From assembly GCA_000992305.1 (NCBI GenBank), contig LBTY01000007.1, positions 28,620 to 92,619 on the forward strand: a DNA stretch of 64,000 nt, written 5' to 3'. The notes under the pieces are model-generated. The model had not been told where the DNA came from, searched no databases, and saw only the letters and a list, made by a program, of their open reading frames with translations. Within the stretch, counting starts at the first letter, position 1. Each line of letters begins with the position of its first letter. The stretch comes from a candidate division TM6 bacterium GW2011_GWF2_38_10. GTDB lineage: Bacteria > Babelota > Babeliae > Babelales > RVW-14. The translations under genes were made by a program, and so were the position numbers. This document shows, piece after piece, positions 44,874 through 54,540 of the stretch.

Positions 44874-46145
44874 ATGATTAAAAAAAATACGTCACTTCTG
44901 ACCATCTTTCTCATCATGTCACTCCATATATTGATACACGGAATGAATGAACCGATGGCCGATATACACAGTACATCAACACCAAACATATCCAATGAAA
45001 TACACCAAAGCCTAAATACCATTAAAAATGATCCACTCACCCATCTTGACAAAGATGATGCCCTCTGGAAAGTTACACTCATCCCCCAAGCGCCACAACT
45101 TCCTATTGACCACACAGAAATGCCTAACCCGACCGATACCGGTACAGCACTTGCACTCATGCCACAAAAACAACCCAACCCTTCACAAGATCCAGCATCC
45201 TCCATCACACAAACAGCACCAATATCAATTACCCCTTCCTTTCACCAAGCACCTATATCAGGAGGACATCAGACAAAAAAAGAACTCGATTTTTTAGTCG
45301 AAAACAAAACCGGAAAAACAATTTATGTTACTAGTTTTGTCTACCTTAAGCGCCACCGCTTTGCTCGCTGGCGCTGGCACAAATCACCAGTCTACAAACT
45401 CGAAGACAAAGCATTAACCACCATTGACGTTCCAAGCATAGAAGACGATATTGATCGCGACAATACCTTTGGATACTTATCAATATTCAATACGATTGAA
45501 GAAGCAGAAGAAGCGACCTACGAGCTTTTGCCTGATGCACATAAAATAGACCTTGATATTCTTGTGCACCTTGCAGGAAAAAAAGTAACTATAGAAATAG
45601 AAAAATATGGAAAACAAACATTCTATGAATACGACTTTACCCCTACTAAACCTGATGAACACAAACACATTCCAGAACTCGATTTTACCGTAGAAAATAA
45701 AACAGGAAAAACAATCCATGTTGTTGGCTTTACCTTTCAAAAACGCGCCAAAGGAACTTGGCTTGCACAAAAAACTAAAGAGATTTGGTCAAGCGAAGGA
45801 GATACTCGAGATGACATGTCAACATGGCGCTTTGACAAGCTCCCACTCATAACGCTAAAGCCAGGAGAAAAAGGAATCATGGATGTTGACACCATTATTG
45901 AAAAACGCGACCGCAAAGAAGTCCAAGGATATCTTGCCATTTACGATGAAGATGAACTCGAAGCTGCACAAAATGCAGAATATGAACTTCTTCCTGAAGA
46001 AAAAAAAATAACGCTTGGAAAATTAAGTGAAGGAATTGCTAAGAAAAAAGTAGTCATCACCATTGATCAGTACGGCATGCTTGGAGACGTTATTGATTTT
46101 AAAATACAAAAACCAACACGCATTGACTTTAAAAAAATAAAATAG
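44874..46145 (+). CDS. hypothetical exported protein with two tandem copies of an unrecognised domain of about 130 aa
   Basis: The start MIKKNTSLLTIFLIMSLHILIHG follows SD aaggagag. The repeat units begin ELDFLVENKTGKTIYVTSF and ELDFTVENKTGKTIHVVGF, and end YELLPDAHKIDL...KKVTIEIEKYG and YELLPEEKKITL...KKVVITIDQYG. Confidence 0.65.
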   Translation: MIKKNTSLLTIFLIMSLHILIHGMNEPMADIHSTSTPNISNEIHQSLNTIKNDPLTHLDKDDALWKVTLIPQAPQLPIDHTEMPNPTDTGTALALMPQKQPNPSQDPASSITQTAPISITPSFHQAPISGGHQTKKELDFLVENKTGKTIYVTSFVYLKRHRFARWRWHKSPVYKLEDKALTTIDVPSIEDDIDRDNTFGYLSIFNTIEEAEEATYELLPDAHKIDLDILVHLAGKKVTIEIEKYGKQTFYEYDFTPTKPDEHKHIPELDFTVENKTGKTIHVVGFTFQKRAKGTWLAQKTKEIWSSEGDTRDDMSTWRFDKLPLITLKPGEKGIMDVDTIIEKRDRKEVQGYLAIYDEDELEAAQNAEYELLPEEKKITLGKLSEGIAKKKVVITIDQYGMLGDVIDFKIQKPTRIDFKKIK

Positions 46146-46155
46146 CCCGATGAAA

Positions 46156-46191
46156 AGCTCGTCAATCACCATGAGATTGGCGAGCTTTTTT
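46156..46191. terminator. terminator between convergent genes
   Basis: 12-bp stem, agctcgtcaatc (46156-46167) with gattggcgagct (46175-46186), containing one G-U pair, then T6. Confidence 0.65.
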
Positions 46192-46197
46192 AAAAAA

Positions 46198-47349
46198 CTA
46201 TTTCACATGAACATCTAAAAAAGAAACCAATTGATGTCGAATATATTCAATAGCCTCAACCCCATCAATTGATCCTGCAGATAAATCAACATCATCCATG
46301 GCAAACATTTTTTTTAATAAAGGCGTTAAAACTGCCGCATCGCTAAATGTACTGTGCGCCGCCCCTTGCACAACAACTTCTTGTACCTGGGCGCTGCTTG
46401 CCGCACAAAATGCTTCAAATTTTTCTTTAAGTGCTTGCTGCTTATCTTCTGATGCATCAGGAATATTTTTTCGATTACCAAGCATCTGTAAATCATAATC
46501 AGCAAACATAGCGTAAAAACCTGGAGCTCGCACGAGCATAAATGGCTTGGTTGCCCCTTGAGAAAGATCATAATGATAAGGTGGCCCATCCAATGAAATA
46601 CCAGCCTTAATCCAAGGCTCACGCTGCACCAAATTCCACGCTACCATTCCGCCCAAAGAATGCCCTATCATTCCTATACGCTCAAAATCACACAAGTCAC
46701 CCAACGTACCAAGCCCACCACTACGAATTTGCTTCACAACAAAATCAATGTCATCGCAATATACCGAATAAAGCATGTCTGACCGCGGCACTAAAAAATC
46801 AATCCTTGTACCATCAAGATAATAATTTACAGGGCTAATAAAGGTATGCACAGTCCCAACAACAACATAGCCATGGCTCGCCAAATCTTCACACAATGAT
46901 GTATAAGCACCACGCGTTGTTGCGTAACCATGATTAAAAAAAACAACAGGGATCTTGCCAATATCAGGTGCTAAAGGAGCATTTGGTAAGGCATATGTTC
47001 GAATATCATGTAATCGTTCAAAACAATCCTTCATCCGCGCTGAATCTTCAATCATATGAGCAAACTTACGTTTTAACATAACAATCATTTCTTCAGGATA
47101 CGCAGCAGTTTCAATATCTTTGTCATGCTGAACAGATGATGGATACCATACCTGCACAACCAATCGTCGCTCTTTTTCTACCCCCGTTTTTAATGGATCA
47201 TGTCGCGCATAATCAACAAATTCAAACAACATTGTCCCAACCGAAAATCGACCTTGTGGTTTAGGAAAATAATAATATTCAGCACTAAGATTATTCATAA
47301 TCATCACCCAAAAAAAACAAAGAGCATTTACAAAATTTACATAACCCAT
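46198..47349 (-). CDS. alpha/beta hydrolase, PAF-acetylhydrolase-like lipase/esterase
   Basis: 383 aa. Nucleophile elbow GHSLGG. PVVFFNHGYATTRGAYTSLCEDLASHGYVVVGTVH resembles the PAF-AH isoform II family block. Confidence 0.72.
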   Translation of the reverse strand: MGYVNFVNALCFFWVMIMNNLSAEYYYFPKPQGRFSVGTMLFEFVDYARHDPLKTGVEKERRLVVQVWYPSSVQHDKDIETAAYPEEMIVMLKRKFAHMIEDSARMKDCFERLHDIRTYALPNAPLAPDIGKIPVVFFNHGYATTRGAYTSLCEDLASHGYVVVGTVHTFISPVNYYLDGTRIDFLVPRSDMLYSVYCDDIDFVVKQIRSGGLGTLGDLCDFERIGMIGHSLGGMVAWNLVQREPWIKAGISLDGPPYHYDLSQGATKPFMLVRAPGFYAMFADYDLQMLGNRKNIPDASEDKQQALKEKFEAFCAASSAQVQEVVVQGAAHSTFSDAAVLTPLLKKMFAMDDVDLSAGSIDGVEAIEYIRHQLVSFLDVHVK

Positions 47350-47479
47350 AGACTAATTCCTGCGTATATCTTTTTCTATTATTTTATACCATCGTTACCC
47401 TCTGGTAACATATAAAAAATAAACAAAAGAAACAACCATTTTAAAATTATAACTGATACGTAACATAAACGGAAAAGAC

Positions 47480-48394
47480 ATGGATAAACCCCAAGACGAC
47501 AAAAAAGAATTTCTTCACAAATCGGTACTGGTACAAGAAGTCATAACCTACCTCGCCCCTTGCCCCGGCGGAATGTATATTGATGCAACATTTGGCGGCG
47601 GCGGCCACACAAGAGCCATTCTTGACGCCGAACCAACCTGTTCAGTACTAGCTCTCGATTGGGACAATGACGCTATTAAGCAAAATGCCCCAGCGCTTGA
47701 AGAACAATATGGCGATCGCTTTTCAGTTGTGCTAGGAAACTTTTCCCATCTGTATAAAATAATAAAACGTGAAAAAATTAATCATGTTGATGGTATACTT
47801 GCTGACTTTGGCACATCTCAATATCAAATTCACAACAAAGCGGGTTTTTCATTTTTAAAAAATACTCCCTTGGATATGCGAATGTCTGCGGGACATTATA
47901 AAGAAACTGCAGCAGACATCATCAATCAAGCCTCAGAACAAGAAATTGCACACATTTTGTTTACCTATGGTGAAGAACATCAAGCGAAAAAAATAGCACG
48001 CGCCATTGTAAAAACACGTACTGCAACACCATTTAAAACAACAGGGCAACTTGTTGACGTTATTAATAGCGTTCTTCCAATTTCTCATTTCAAGCGCCAA
48101 TATGGCATTCATCCAGCGACAAGAACATTCCAAGCGCTCCGCATTGTTGTAAATCACGAGCTTGATAATATTCATAATTTTCTTAAAACAGGCACTGGAA
48201 TTTTGAGCAGCCAAGGCCGAATGGTATGCATTAGTTTTCACTCTCTGGAAGATCGTATTGTAAAAAACTACTTTCGCGACAACGCTCACCAATACGATAT
48301 TTTAACGCCCAAACCGATAACGGCAACGGAGGAGGAACTTGCCTTAAATCCATCATCACGATCAGCAAAATTACGTGCGGCAAAAAAACATTAA
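47480..48394 (+). CDS. rsmH: 16S rRNA m4C1402 methyltransferase RsmH (MraW)
   Basis: HKSVLVQEV, DATFGGGGHTRAIL, DFGTSQYQ, ISFHSLEDRIVK, and NPSSRSAKLRAA. Confidence 0.92.
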   Translation: MDKPQDDKKEFLHKSVLVQEVITYLAPCPGGMYIDATFGGGGHTRAILDAEPTCSVLALDWDNDAIKQNAPALEEQYGDRFSVVLGNFSHLYKIIKREKINHVDGILADFGTSQYQIHNKAGFSFLKNTPLDMRMSAGHYKETAADIINQASEQEIAHILFTYGEEHQAKKIARAIVKTRTATPFKTTGQLVDVINSVLPISHFKRQYGIHPATRTFQALRIVVNHELDNIHNFLKTGTGILSSQGRMVCISFHSLEDRIVKNYFRDNAHQYDILTPKPITATEEELALNPSSRSAKLRAAKKH

Positions 48395-48412
48395 AAAAAT
48401 GCTGAAATTTGA

Positions 48413-48441
48413 TTGACAACGATAACAATACATTGTAGATT
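48413..48441 (+). promoter_or_regulatory. candidate promoter for spoVG
   Basis: TTGACA (48413-48418), 17-nt spacer, TAGATT (48436-48441). The leader to ATG 48532 is about 85 nt. Confidence 0.4.
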
Positions 48442-48531
48442 ATAACCATGAAATTTGTTTGATTACAGTACTTCATCAATAGGGGCACAGCGAATTTAAG
48501 CGTGCAACCTAGGCTAACTGAGGGAACATAC

Positions 48532-48795
48532 ATGGAGATTACGGAAGTAAAAGTTTTTCCTGCAAATGAAGGAAAACTTAAGGGTTATGCAACAATGATC
48601 TTTGACGGATGCTTTATCGTTCGCGATATGAAAATTATACAAAGCGACAAGGGTTTGTTTGTCTCTATGCCATCCCGCAGAAAGAAAGACGGCTCTTTTA
48701 AAGATATCGTTCACCCTCTCAATGCTGAGACGAGAACGCTTATTGAGAATCGCGTCGTCGAAGAATATAAAAAGACTGTAGGCGAAGGCGAATAA
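48532..48795 (+). CDS. spoVG: SpoVG family protein
   Basis: MEITEVKVFPANEGKLKGYATMIFDGCFIVRDMKIIQSDKGLFVSMPSRRKKDGSFKDIVHPLNAETR is the canonical SpoVG sequence pattern. ATG 48532 follows gaggga. Confidence 0.88.
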   Translation: MEITEVKVFPANEGKLKGYATMIFDGCFIVRDMKIIQSDKGLFVSMPSRRKKDGSFKDIVHPLNAETRTLIENRVVEEYKKTVGEGE

Positions 48796-48814
48796 ATTAG
48801 TTAACAATACGTGC

Positions 48815-48886
48815 TGGGGCGTGGCCAAGTGGTAAGGCAGCGGTTTTTGGTACCGCCATTCGGAGGTTCGAATCCTTCCGCCCCAA
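48815..48886 (+). tRNA. tRNA-Gln (anticodon UUG), no encoded CCA
   Basis: Manual cloverleaf. Acceptor tggggcg/cgcccca, 3-bp D stem gcc/ggc, anticodon arm gcggt-TTTTGGT-accgc, T arm ggagg-ttcgaat-ccttc. It closely resembles bacterial tRNA-Gln. Confidence 0.9.
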
Positions 48887-48909
48887 TATACCAAATACAA
48901 GAAAAAACA

Positions 48910-49743
48910 GTGGATATAAAACGAGAAAAAATTGAGAAAAAAGCTTCTTCATTCGAAGAGGCTTTTTTTAATTTAAAAACAACATACGTTCATCCTACCG
49001 CCGTTATCGGCGACCACGTTACCCTTGAAGAAGGGGTAAAAATTGGACCTGGATGTGTTATTATTGGCAACGTTCATATTGGTGCGCATACCTCATTGTA
49101 TGCTCATGTTTCCGTTGGTTTTCCCGGGCAAGTATTAGGACTTTCCCAATCACACGGCACCATCAAAATTGGAAGTAATTGCACCTTGCGAGAATTTGTA
49201 ACGGTCCATGCCCCTCGCCACGCAGAGGGCTCAACACGCATTGGCAATAATTGTTACATTATGAATTACTCTCATGTAGGACATGATTGTCATATTCACG
49301 ACAACGTAACTATGATTAATAACGTAAACTTAGGTGGACATACGGTTGTTGAATCTCATGCATTTTTGATGGCTAACGCCGCATCGCACCAATTTTGTCG
49401 TATTGGAAGTTACGCATCGATAGCCCCCTTTAGTGCAACACGACAAGATCTTCCACCATACTGTCTTTTTGATGGCAGACCAACACGCTTTGCAGGTCTT
49501 AACATTATTGCACTTAAACGTGCACTGTTTTCCCCACAAGCTATCAATGCATTAAAACATGTTGCCAAATTATTTTTTCAGGATAAACTACCATTTGCAA
49601 CAATCAAAGAACACGTACAACACGATGAATCATTATCTTCAACCCCAAGTGTTCAACATTTTATGCAATTTATAGAAAAAAGTGAGCGTGGCGTATCTCG
49701 ACAGACCGTGCACGCACCAACACACAATCAAGAAGAATGCTAA
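48910..49743 (+). CDS. lpxA: UDP-N-acetylglucosamine O-acyltransferase LpxA; start uncertain
   Basis: Left-handed beta-helix hexapeptide repeats (VHPTAVIGDHVTLEEGVKIGPGCVIIGNVHIGAHTSL...) and LpxA blocks HVGHDCHIHDNV, HQFCRIGSYA and DLPPY. The track ORF begins inside tRNA-Gln. The only canonical in-frame start after the tRNA is GTG 48910. Confidence 0.82.
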   Translation: MDIKREKIEKKASSFEEAFFNLKTTYVHPTAVIGDHVTLEEGVKIGPGCVIIGNVHIGAHTSLYAHVSVGFPGQVLGLSQSHGTIKIGSNCTLREFVTVHAPRHAEGSTRIGNNCYIMNYSHVGHDCHIHDNVTMINNVNLGGHTVVESHAFLMANAASHQFCRIGSYASIAPFSATRQDLPPYCLFDGRPTRFAGLNIIALKRALFSPQAINALKHVAKLFFQDKLPFATIKEHVQHDESLSSTPSVQHFMQFIEKSERGVSRQTVHAPTHNQEEC

Positions 49744-49772
49744 CCCTTTTGTAAAAAAATGAGCGAATTATT

Positions 49773-50720
49773 ATGATCAAATTAGGCGTTATCGGACTCG
49801 GGCACATGGGCGGCTATCATGCCTCCGTTTGTCAACAATCACCTCTTATTGAACTTGTTGGAGCAGCCGACACCAACGAACAAAATCTTCAGAAAATTAA
49901 AAATAAAAATATACAGGTTAGTGCTTCATATCATGACTGGCTTGATCGCGTAGATGGTGTTATCATAGCAGTTCCAACACAAGCTCATTATGCCATCGCA
50001 AAAGATTGCCTTGAACGTAAAAAACACGTTCTTATTGAAAAGCCATTGACCAAAAATATGAGTCAAGCTCGTGAGCTTTTTGATATTGCAAAAAAAAATA
50101 AATGTACCCTTCACGTTGGCCATGTTGAACGCTTTAATGGACCCGTACAAGAATTAAAAAAAATTATTAATGAACCATTTTTAATCGAATGCCACCGCAT
50201 GGGACCGTTTTCCCCACGTGTACAAGACGACAGCGTTGTTCTCGACCTTATGATTCATGATCTTGATCTTGTACTTGGATTTGTACAAAGCCCAATAAAA
50301 GCAATCGCCGCACAAGGCTGCAAAGTGTATAGCCAAAAGTGTGACGTTGCCAGCGTGCAATTAGCGTTTGAAAATGGAACAATTGCTCACTTAGTAGCAA
50401 GTCGAGCATCACAAATAAAAGCCCGTACCATGGTTGTTCATCAAAAAAATGAATTTATCCAACTTGATTTTACAACCCAAGACCTTCTGATTCATCGACA
50501 TAATAGCTCAAGCATTCAAGTAGGTAGCGATCAACTAAAATATAAACAAGAATCATTTATTGAGCGTCTTTTTGTGCACAGAGATAATCCACTTAAACAA
50601 GAAGTTGAATACTTTGCTCAAGCAATTAAAACCAAAACACACGAACTAAACCCTGAGCATGACTTATCTGCACTTGAAGCATGTTTAAACATTGATGATT
50701 TACTTGCAACACAATTATGA
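49773..50720 (+). CDS. Gfo/Idh/MocA family NAD(P)-dependent oxidoreductase
   Basis: Rossmann start MIKLGVIGLGHMGGYHA, also EKPLT, and a C-terminal alpha/beta domain. It lies between lpxA and lpxI. Confidence 0.85.
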   Translation: MIKLGVIGLGHMGGYHASVCQQSPLIELVGAADTNEQNLQKIKNKNIQVSASYHDWLDRVDGVIIAVPTQAHYAIAKDCLERKKHVLIEKPLTKNMSQARELFDIAKKNKCTLHVGHVERFNGPVQELKKIINEPFLIECHRMGPFSPRVQDDSVVLDLMIHDLDLVLGFVQSPIKAIAAQGCKVYSQKCDVASVQLAFENGTIAHLVASRASQIKARTMVVHQKNEFIQLDFTTQDLLIHRHNSSSIQVGSDQLKYKQESFIERLFVHRDNPLKQEVEYFAQAIKTKTHELNPEHDLSALEACLNIDDLLATQL

Positions 50721-51544
50721 TAGCTGTTATCGCTGGTACAGGCAGGCTCCCTATTCACGCCTGCCAAAACTTAATACACAAAAATGAACCTTTTTTTGTC
50801 ATTTCATTGTTTCCACAAAACAATGAACAAGAGTTACGCAACGCAGTTGACGATAAAGCTGAAGTTGTTGTTCTTCCATTTTTTAAAGTACAAGCAATTT
50901 TAGATGTACTCAAAAAACGCCATACAACAAAGCTTCTTTTTATTGGTAAAGTAGACAAACAAAACCTTCTTTCAAATGTAAAACTTGATTGGCTTGCCCT
51001 AAAGCTTTTGGCATCTATTTTGTGTAAAAGTGACTCCGCCATCATGGAAAAACTTATCAGTGAACTTGAAAAACACGGAATTTCCGTAATTAGTCAAGCT
51101 GATGTACTTGGTGGTCTTATGGTAGAACCAGGAGTTTTGTGCGGATCACTCAATAAAGAAATCGCTGCGTCAATAGAACTTGGCATTACAACAGCTATAA
51201 AATTATCTGAGTGTGATATCGGACAAACGGTTATTGTAAAAGACAAAATGGTTCTTGCCCTTGAAGCCATTGAAGGAACCGATGCATGCATTCAACGCGG
51301 CATTGCGCTTGGAAAAAATAATATTGTTATTTGCAAAGCAGCACGAGCAAATCAAAATAAAAAATTTGATTTACCAACACTTGGACCATCATCGCTTGAA
51401 TCATTACAAAAAGGTGATGTTGCAGCTATTGCATGGCTTTCGACTCATACTTTTATTGCTGATAAAGAATTATTTATACAAGAAGCCAAAAAAAAGAATA
51501 TAACACTTGTTTCTTATGAACCACCGTTGCGACCAACAACCTAA
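50717..51544 (+). CDS. lpxI: UDP-2,3-diacylglucosamine pyrophosphatase LpxI (DUF1009)
   Basis: MIAVIAGTGRLP, GQTVIVKDKMVLALEAIEGTDACIQRG, and FDLPTLGP. It overlaps the upstream gene at ATGA. Confidence 0.8.
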   Translation: MIAVIAGTGRLPIHACQNLIHKNEPFFVISLFPQNNEQELRNAVDDKAEVVVLPFFKVQAILDVLKKRHTTKLLFIGKVDKQNLLSNVKLDWLALKLLASILCKSDSAIMEKLISELEKHGISVISQADVLGGLMVEPGVLCGSLNKEIAASIELGITTAIKLSECDIGQTVIVKDKMVLALEAIEGTDACIQRGIALGKNNIVICKAARANQNKKFDLPTLGPSSLESLQKGDVAAIAWLSTHTFIADKELFIQEAKKKNITLVSYEPPLRPTT

Positions 51545-52062
51545 GTGTTCCACAAAACAATGTCCCCAAGCATAATGTGATTGCGCTCACAACTACCAGC
51601 GCACAATTCAAGCGCATAACATGCAGCACATTCTGATGGCAAAACATCGCATGATAACGGTTTTGCATATTGATGCATCTTTACAATTTTTTTCTCTTTA
51701 TCTAAAAAAAGAATGTCCAACGGAATGTACGTATTTTTCATGTAAAAAAAACGTGGTCGCTCAGAATCAAAAATAAAAAGCATACTTTGAGTATCTTTCA
51801 TATGGGCCCGATACATAAGCCCACGAGCACGTTTTGCAGGCGTATCTGCACGCTCGTATTCAAAAGAAATGCGTTCAGAATGTGCACGAATAATTGATAA
51901 GGTTCCATCACATGAAAAAAAAGATTCCTGTACATTCAACGGTTTATACATCGTCTTATGATGAGTAATACTGTTGTAATTATCATGTATGCGTCCCTGA
52001 TTATTACAACCACCACATAAAACGGTTAACAATACAATAAACCCTAGGACATACCTCTTCAT
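51541..52062 (-). CDS. DUF192 family protein, lipoprotein signal
   Basis: RARGLMYR...MLFIF...FYMKNTYIPLDILFLDKEKKIV is the DUF192 pattern. The N-terminus is MKRYVLGFIVLLTVLCGG|C (ATG 52062; the track ORF extends to 52104). Confidence 0.75.
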   Translation of the reverse strand: MKRYVLGFIVLLTVLCGGCNNQGRIHDNYNSITHHKTMYKPLNVQESFFSCDGTLSIIRAHSERISFEYERADTPAKRARGLMYRAHMKDTQSMLFIFDSERPRFFYMKNTYIPLDILFLDKEKKIVKMHQYAKPLSCDVLPSECAACYALELCAGSCERNHIMLGDIVLWNT

Positions 52063-52188
52063 TGTGCAAATCCCCTTAACAAACACAATAAAACACCCAC
52101 GCACCTGGTAAGTCTATCACGAATTTATCAAAATGGTTAACAAATTTTAACTCAATGCAACTTTATCATATTAGTTAAAAAACAAAAC

Positions 52189-54540
52189 CTATTCATGGTT
52201 TTTAAAGTGTGCTTGCAACATCCCATTTACTCGAGAATAGAAAGGTCCATGCCGACGCATAATATAATCACCTGCCTTGCCGCTCAACCACGTACCGATA
52301 GACTCACCAACCGCAGCCCAAATATTTCCTTTAATGTATCCTCCAAGATCTACAATGAGCTGGCCAATATTGGTCGACTGAGCATCATATTTTGCAATAA
52401 GATCCAAAGCTTCTAAATAGGTAATAAGTCTGCTTTCCGCAACGTAATATACGACACATTCAAAAATCTTTTTATTTTGCCCCTGATAATCAAGCTCCGT
52501 TTCTTCAAGAAAAATATCACTACGTTGTTGCAATAACGAAATAATATCTTTGCGAATGAGAGAATTTTGATCAAATGCATATTCCAATAACGCCGCGAGC
52601 ATCGAAACTATAGATTCAATATTAGAAGTAATCTCTTGCTTTGCATACGTAAAATACTCTAACGCTTGCTCACTCAATAGCCCTATTTTTACACACGCAC
52701 TTAAAGCATATTCTATTCCTTTGTCACAAGCATTATGCAATGAGGCATGATAGCGCTTGCCAAGCCTATTCCCTATGTAACCGCCACATGATGTAAAAAG
52801 ATATTTTAAAAATCGATATTCTATATAATATTTTTTTATATCAATCCCATGTTTTTCTGCGTAATTTTTAAGACCCTGCTCAACAGAACATGTACCCTTA
52901 GCACTACCTTCCTGACTCATAATCATAGATAAAAATGCAGGATCATAGACATCGCCAGGTTGCAAATGCGCAAGAAATTTTTGCACCACACCATGTTCAT
53001 CAAGCAACATTAATGGCAAAAATGTTTCAAGCGAATATCCCAGCAACTCTGGTTTTATCACCCCAAGTGTTGCTCGTTCAACCTTCTCAACAGCTGCAGC
53101 AGTCACGGAAGATGAACGAAGCTTGCGCTCAACCCCATGTGTTATGGATTTTTGAGCTTCATACATAATACTCGCCATTGCCTGTTTAAAATAACTATCA
53201 TCACGAGGAATAATACGATCCAGCAACGGCAACGTCGACTTCTCATCAACTACACTATGCCGAGCCCTTTCATATGCTGAAAAAAGAGGACTCTGCCTGA
53301 TATGATAATAAAACAAAGCACTAAACCCACGACCTAAAGACCGTACAAATTTCGAATGTTGTCGGCTCCACATCTGTGGATTAAACAATAATAATAATGA
53401 TGATATTTTTTTAACTAAGGAGACATTAAACCCAAGCTGATCAATAGGCTGACTCCCGCCAATAATGTTAACCATTTGATTAACATCATTTTTTTGTGAT
53501 GCCAACAAAAAATTCCACACGGCTAAAATACTTCTTAGTGCACCATCAACAGCATAAGGCGCTACTCTGTAAGCAACATTGTTTGGGTGAACAACACCAA
53601 GCGCAACATCTTTTTTATAAAATGAAAATAACGTTTCATAAAAAGCAACTGCTTTATCAAGCAAAAAATAAAGTCCCTGTGTTTTGCCAACAATGTGCAC
53701 AGCACCATCATAAAGTTTTTGAAATGCCTGGATGGTATCACCATATCGCCCAAGCTCAACACAGAATGTTTTGTATGCGGCATACAGTTCCCCTGCAGGC
53801 AATCCCTCAATCCGCAAAGTTAACTTTTGCTGAGCAGAAGCACAAATAACCGCAACATCCGCCAATTCTTGCGCTAACAATGCATGATACGCTTTAATAA
53901 AATCATCTTGATTATTATCCATAAGTGCTTGCAAAAAGGCACAAAAATGTGCAACTTCAACACCACACGTGTCATGCGTAAGCTTTTCAATCTTTTTTAG
54001 ATTATTAATCAATAACGTAATCTGCTCATAACGTTCCTTTTTACACGTTTCACAAAAGATCACGCGTACCAATTCATCATATTCAACGGTTTTTTCTGGC
54101 AACCATGATTCAAGCGCAGTTAACGCATCGTCAATAAGTGATATATCCTTATGAGTCATTACATCGCTATGCAACCAAGAACGAATCGCATGAATACTCT
54201 TTTGCAGACGAACGGTACACGTCAATCCTGCAACAAACTGTTCATAAGCATTGCGCGCAGCATTAATAAGATGCTGATCATCAACATCTACTAACGTTAA
54301 TAACCGAGCTTGCTCCTTGAGAGCTTGATCATGCTGCTGTTTCATCATCTGCATAAATAATAATTGCAACTGATCAGCATGATCGTCATTACATAGCATA
54401 TCATGATCATAAAGCTCTTGCTCAGCTAACCCATCGTCATGTGCTGATAACGAGACATATGAGATTCCACCCAACATCGTCAACGTTGTGACAACACAAA
54501 CACCAAAACGCTTACCTTTACGAAAAAATGATAGGTTCAT
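52189..54540 (-). CDS. large hypothetical exported protein, no recognisable domain
   Basis: 783-aa uninterrupted ORF with a signal-like N-terminus FGVCVVTTLTMLGGISYVSLSA. It appears mostly helical. Confidence 0.6.
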   Translation of the reverse strand: MNLSFFRKGKRFGVCVVTTLTMLGGISYVSLSAHDDGLAEQELYDHDMLCNDDHADQLQLLFMQMMKQQHDQALKEQARLLTLVDVDDQHLINAARNAYEQFVAGLTCTVRLQKSIHAIRSWLHSDVMTHKDISLIDDALTALESWLPEKTVEYDELVRVIFCETCKKERYEQITLLINNLKKIEKLTHDTCGVEVAHFCAFLQALMDNNQDDFIKAYHALLAQELADVAVICASAQQKLTLRIEGLPAGELYAAYKTFCVELGRYGDTIQAFQKLYDGAVHIVGKTQGLYFLLDKAVAFYETLFSFYKKDVALGVVHPNNVAYRVAPYAVDGALRSILAVWNFLLASQKNDVNQMVNIIGGSQPIDQLGFNVSLVKKISSLLLLFNPQMWSRQHSKFVRSLGRGFSALFYYHIRQSPLFSAYERARHSVVDEKSTLPLLDRIIPRDDSYFKQAMASIMYEAQKSITHGVERKLRSSSVTAAAVEKVERATLGVIKPELLGYSLETFLPLMLLDEHGVVQKFLAHLQPGDVYDPAFLSMIMSQEGSAKGTCSVEQGLKNYAEKHGIDIKKYYIEYRFLKYLFTSCGGYIGNRLGKRYHASLHNACDKGIEYALSACVKIGLLSEQALEYFTYAKQEITSNIESIVSMLAALLEYAFDQNSLIRKDIISLLQQRSDIFLEETELDYQGQNKKIFECVVYYVAESRLITYLEALDLIAKYDAQSTNIGQLIVDLGGYIKGNIWAAVGESIGTWLSGKAGDYIMRRHGPFYSRVNGMLQAHFKNHE

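Noticed and set aside
48811-48909. N-terminal part of track ORF 48811-49743, and minus-strand ORF 48514-48900
   Set aside because: Both run through tRNA-Gln and spoVG. The reading frames are a by-product of the structured RNA gene.
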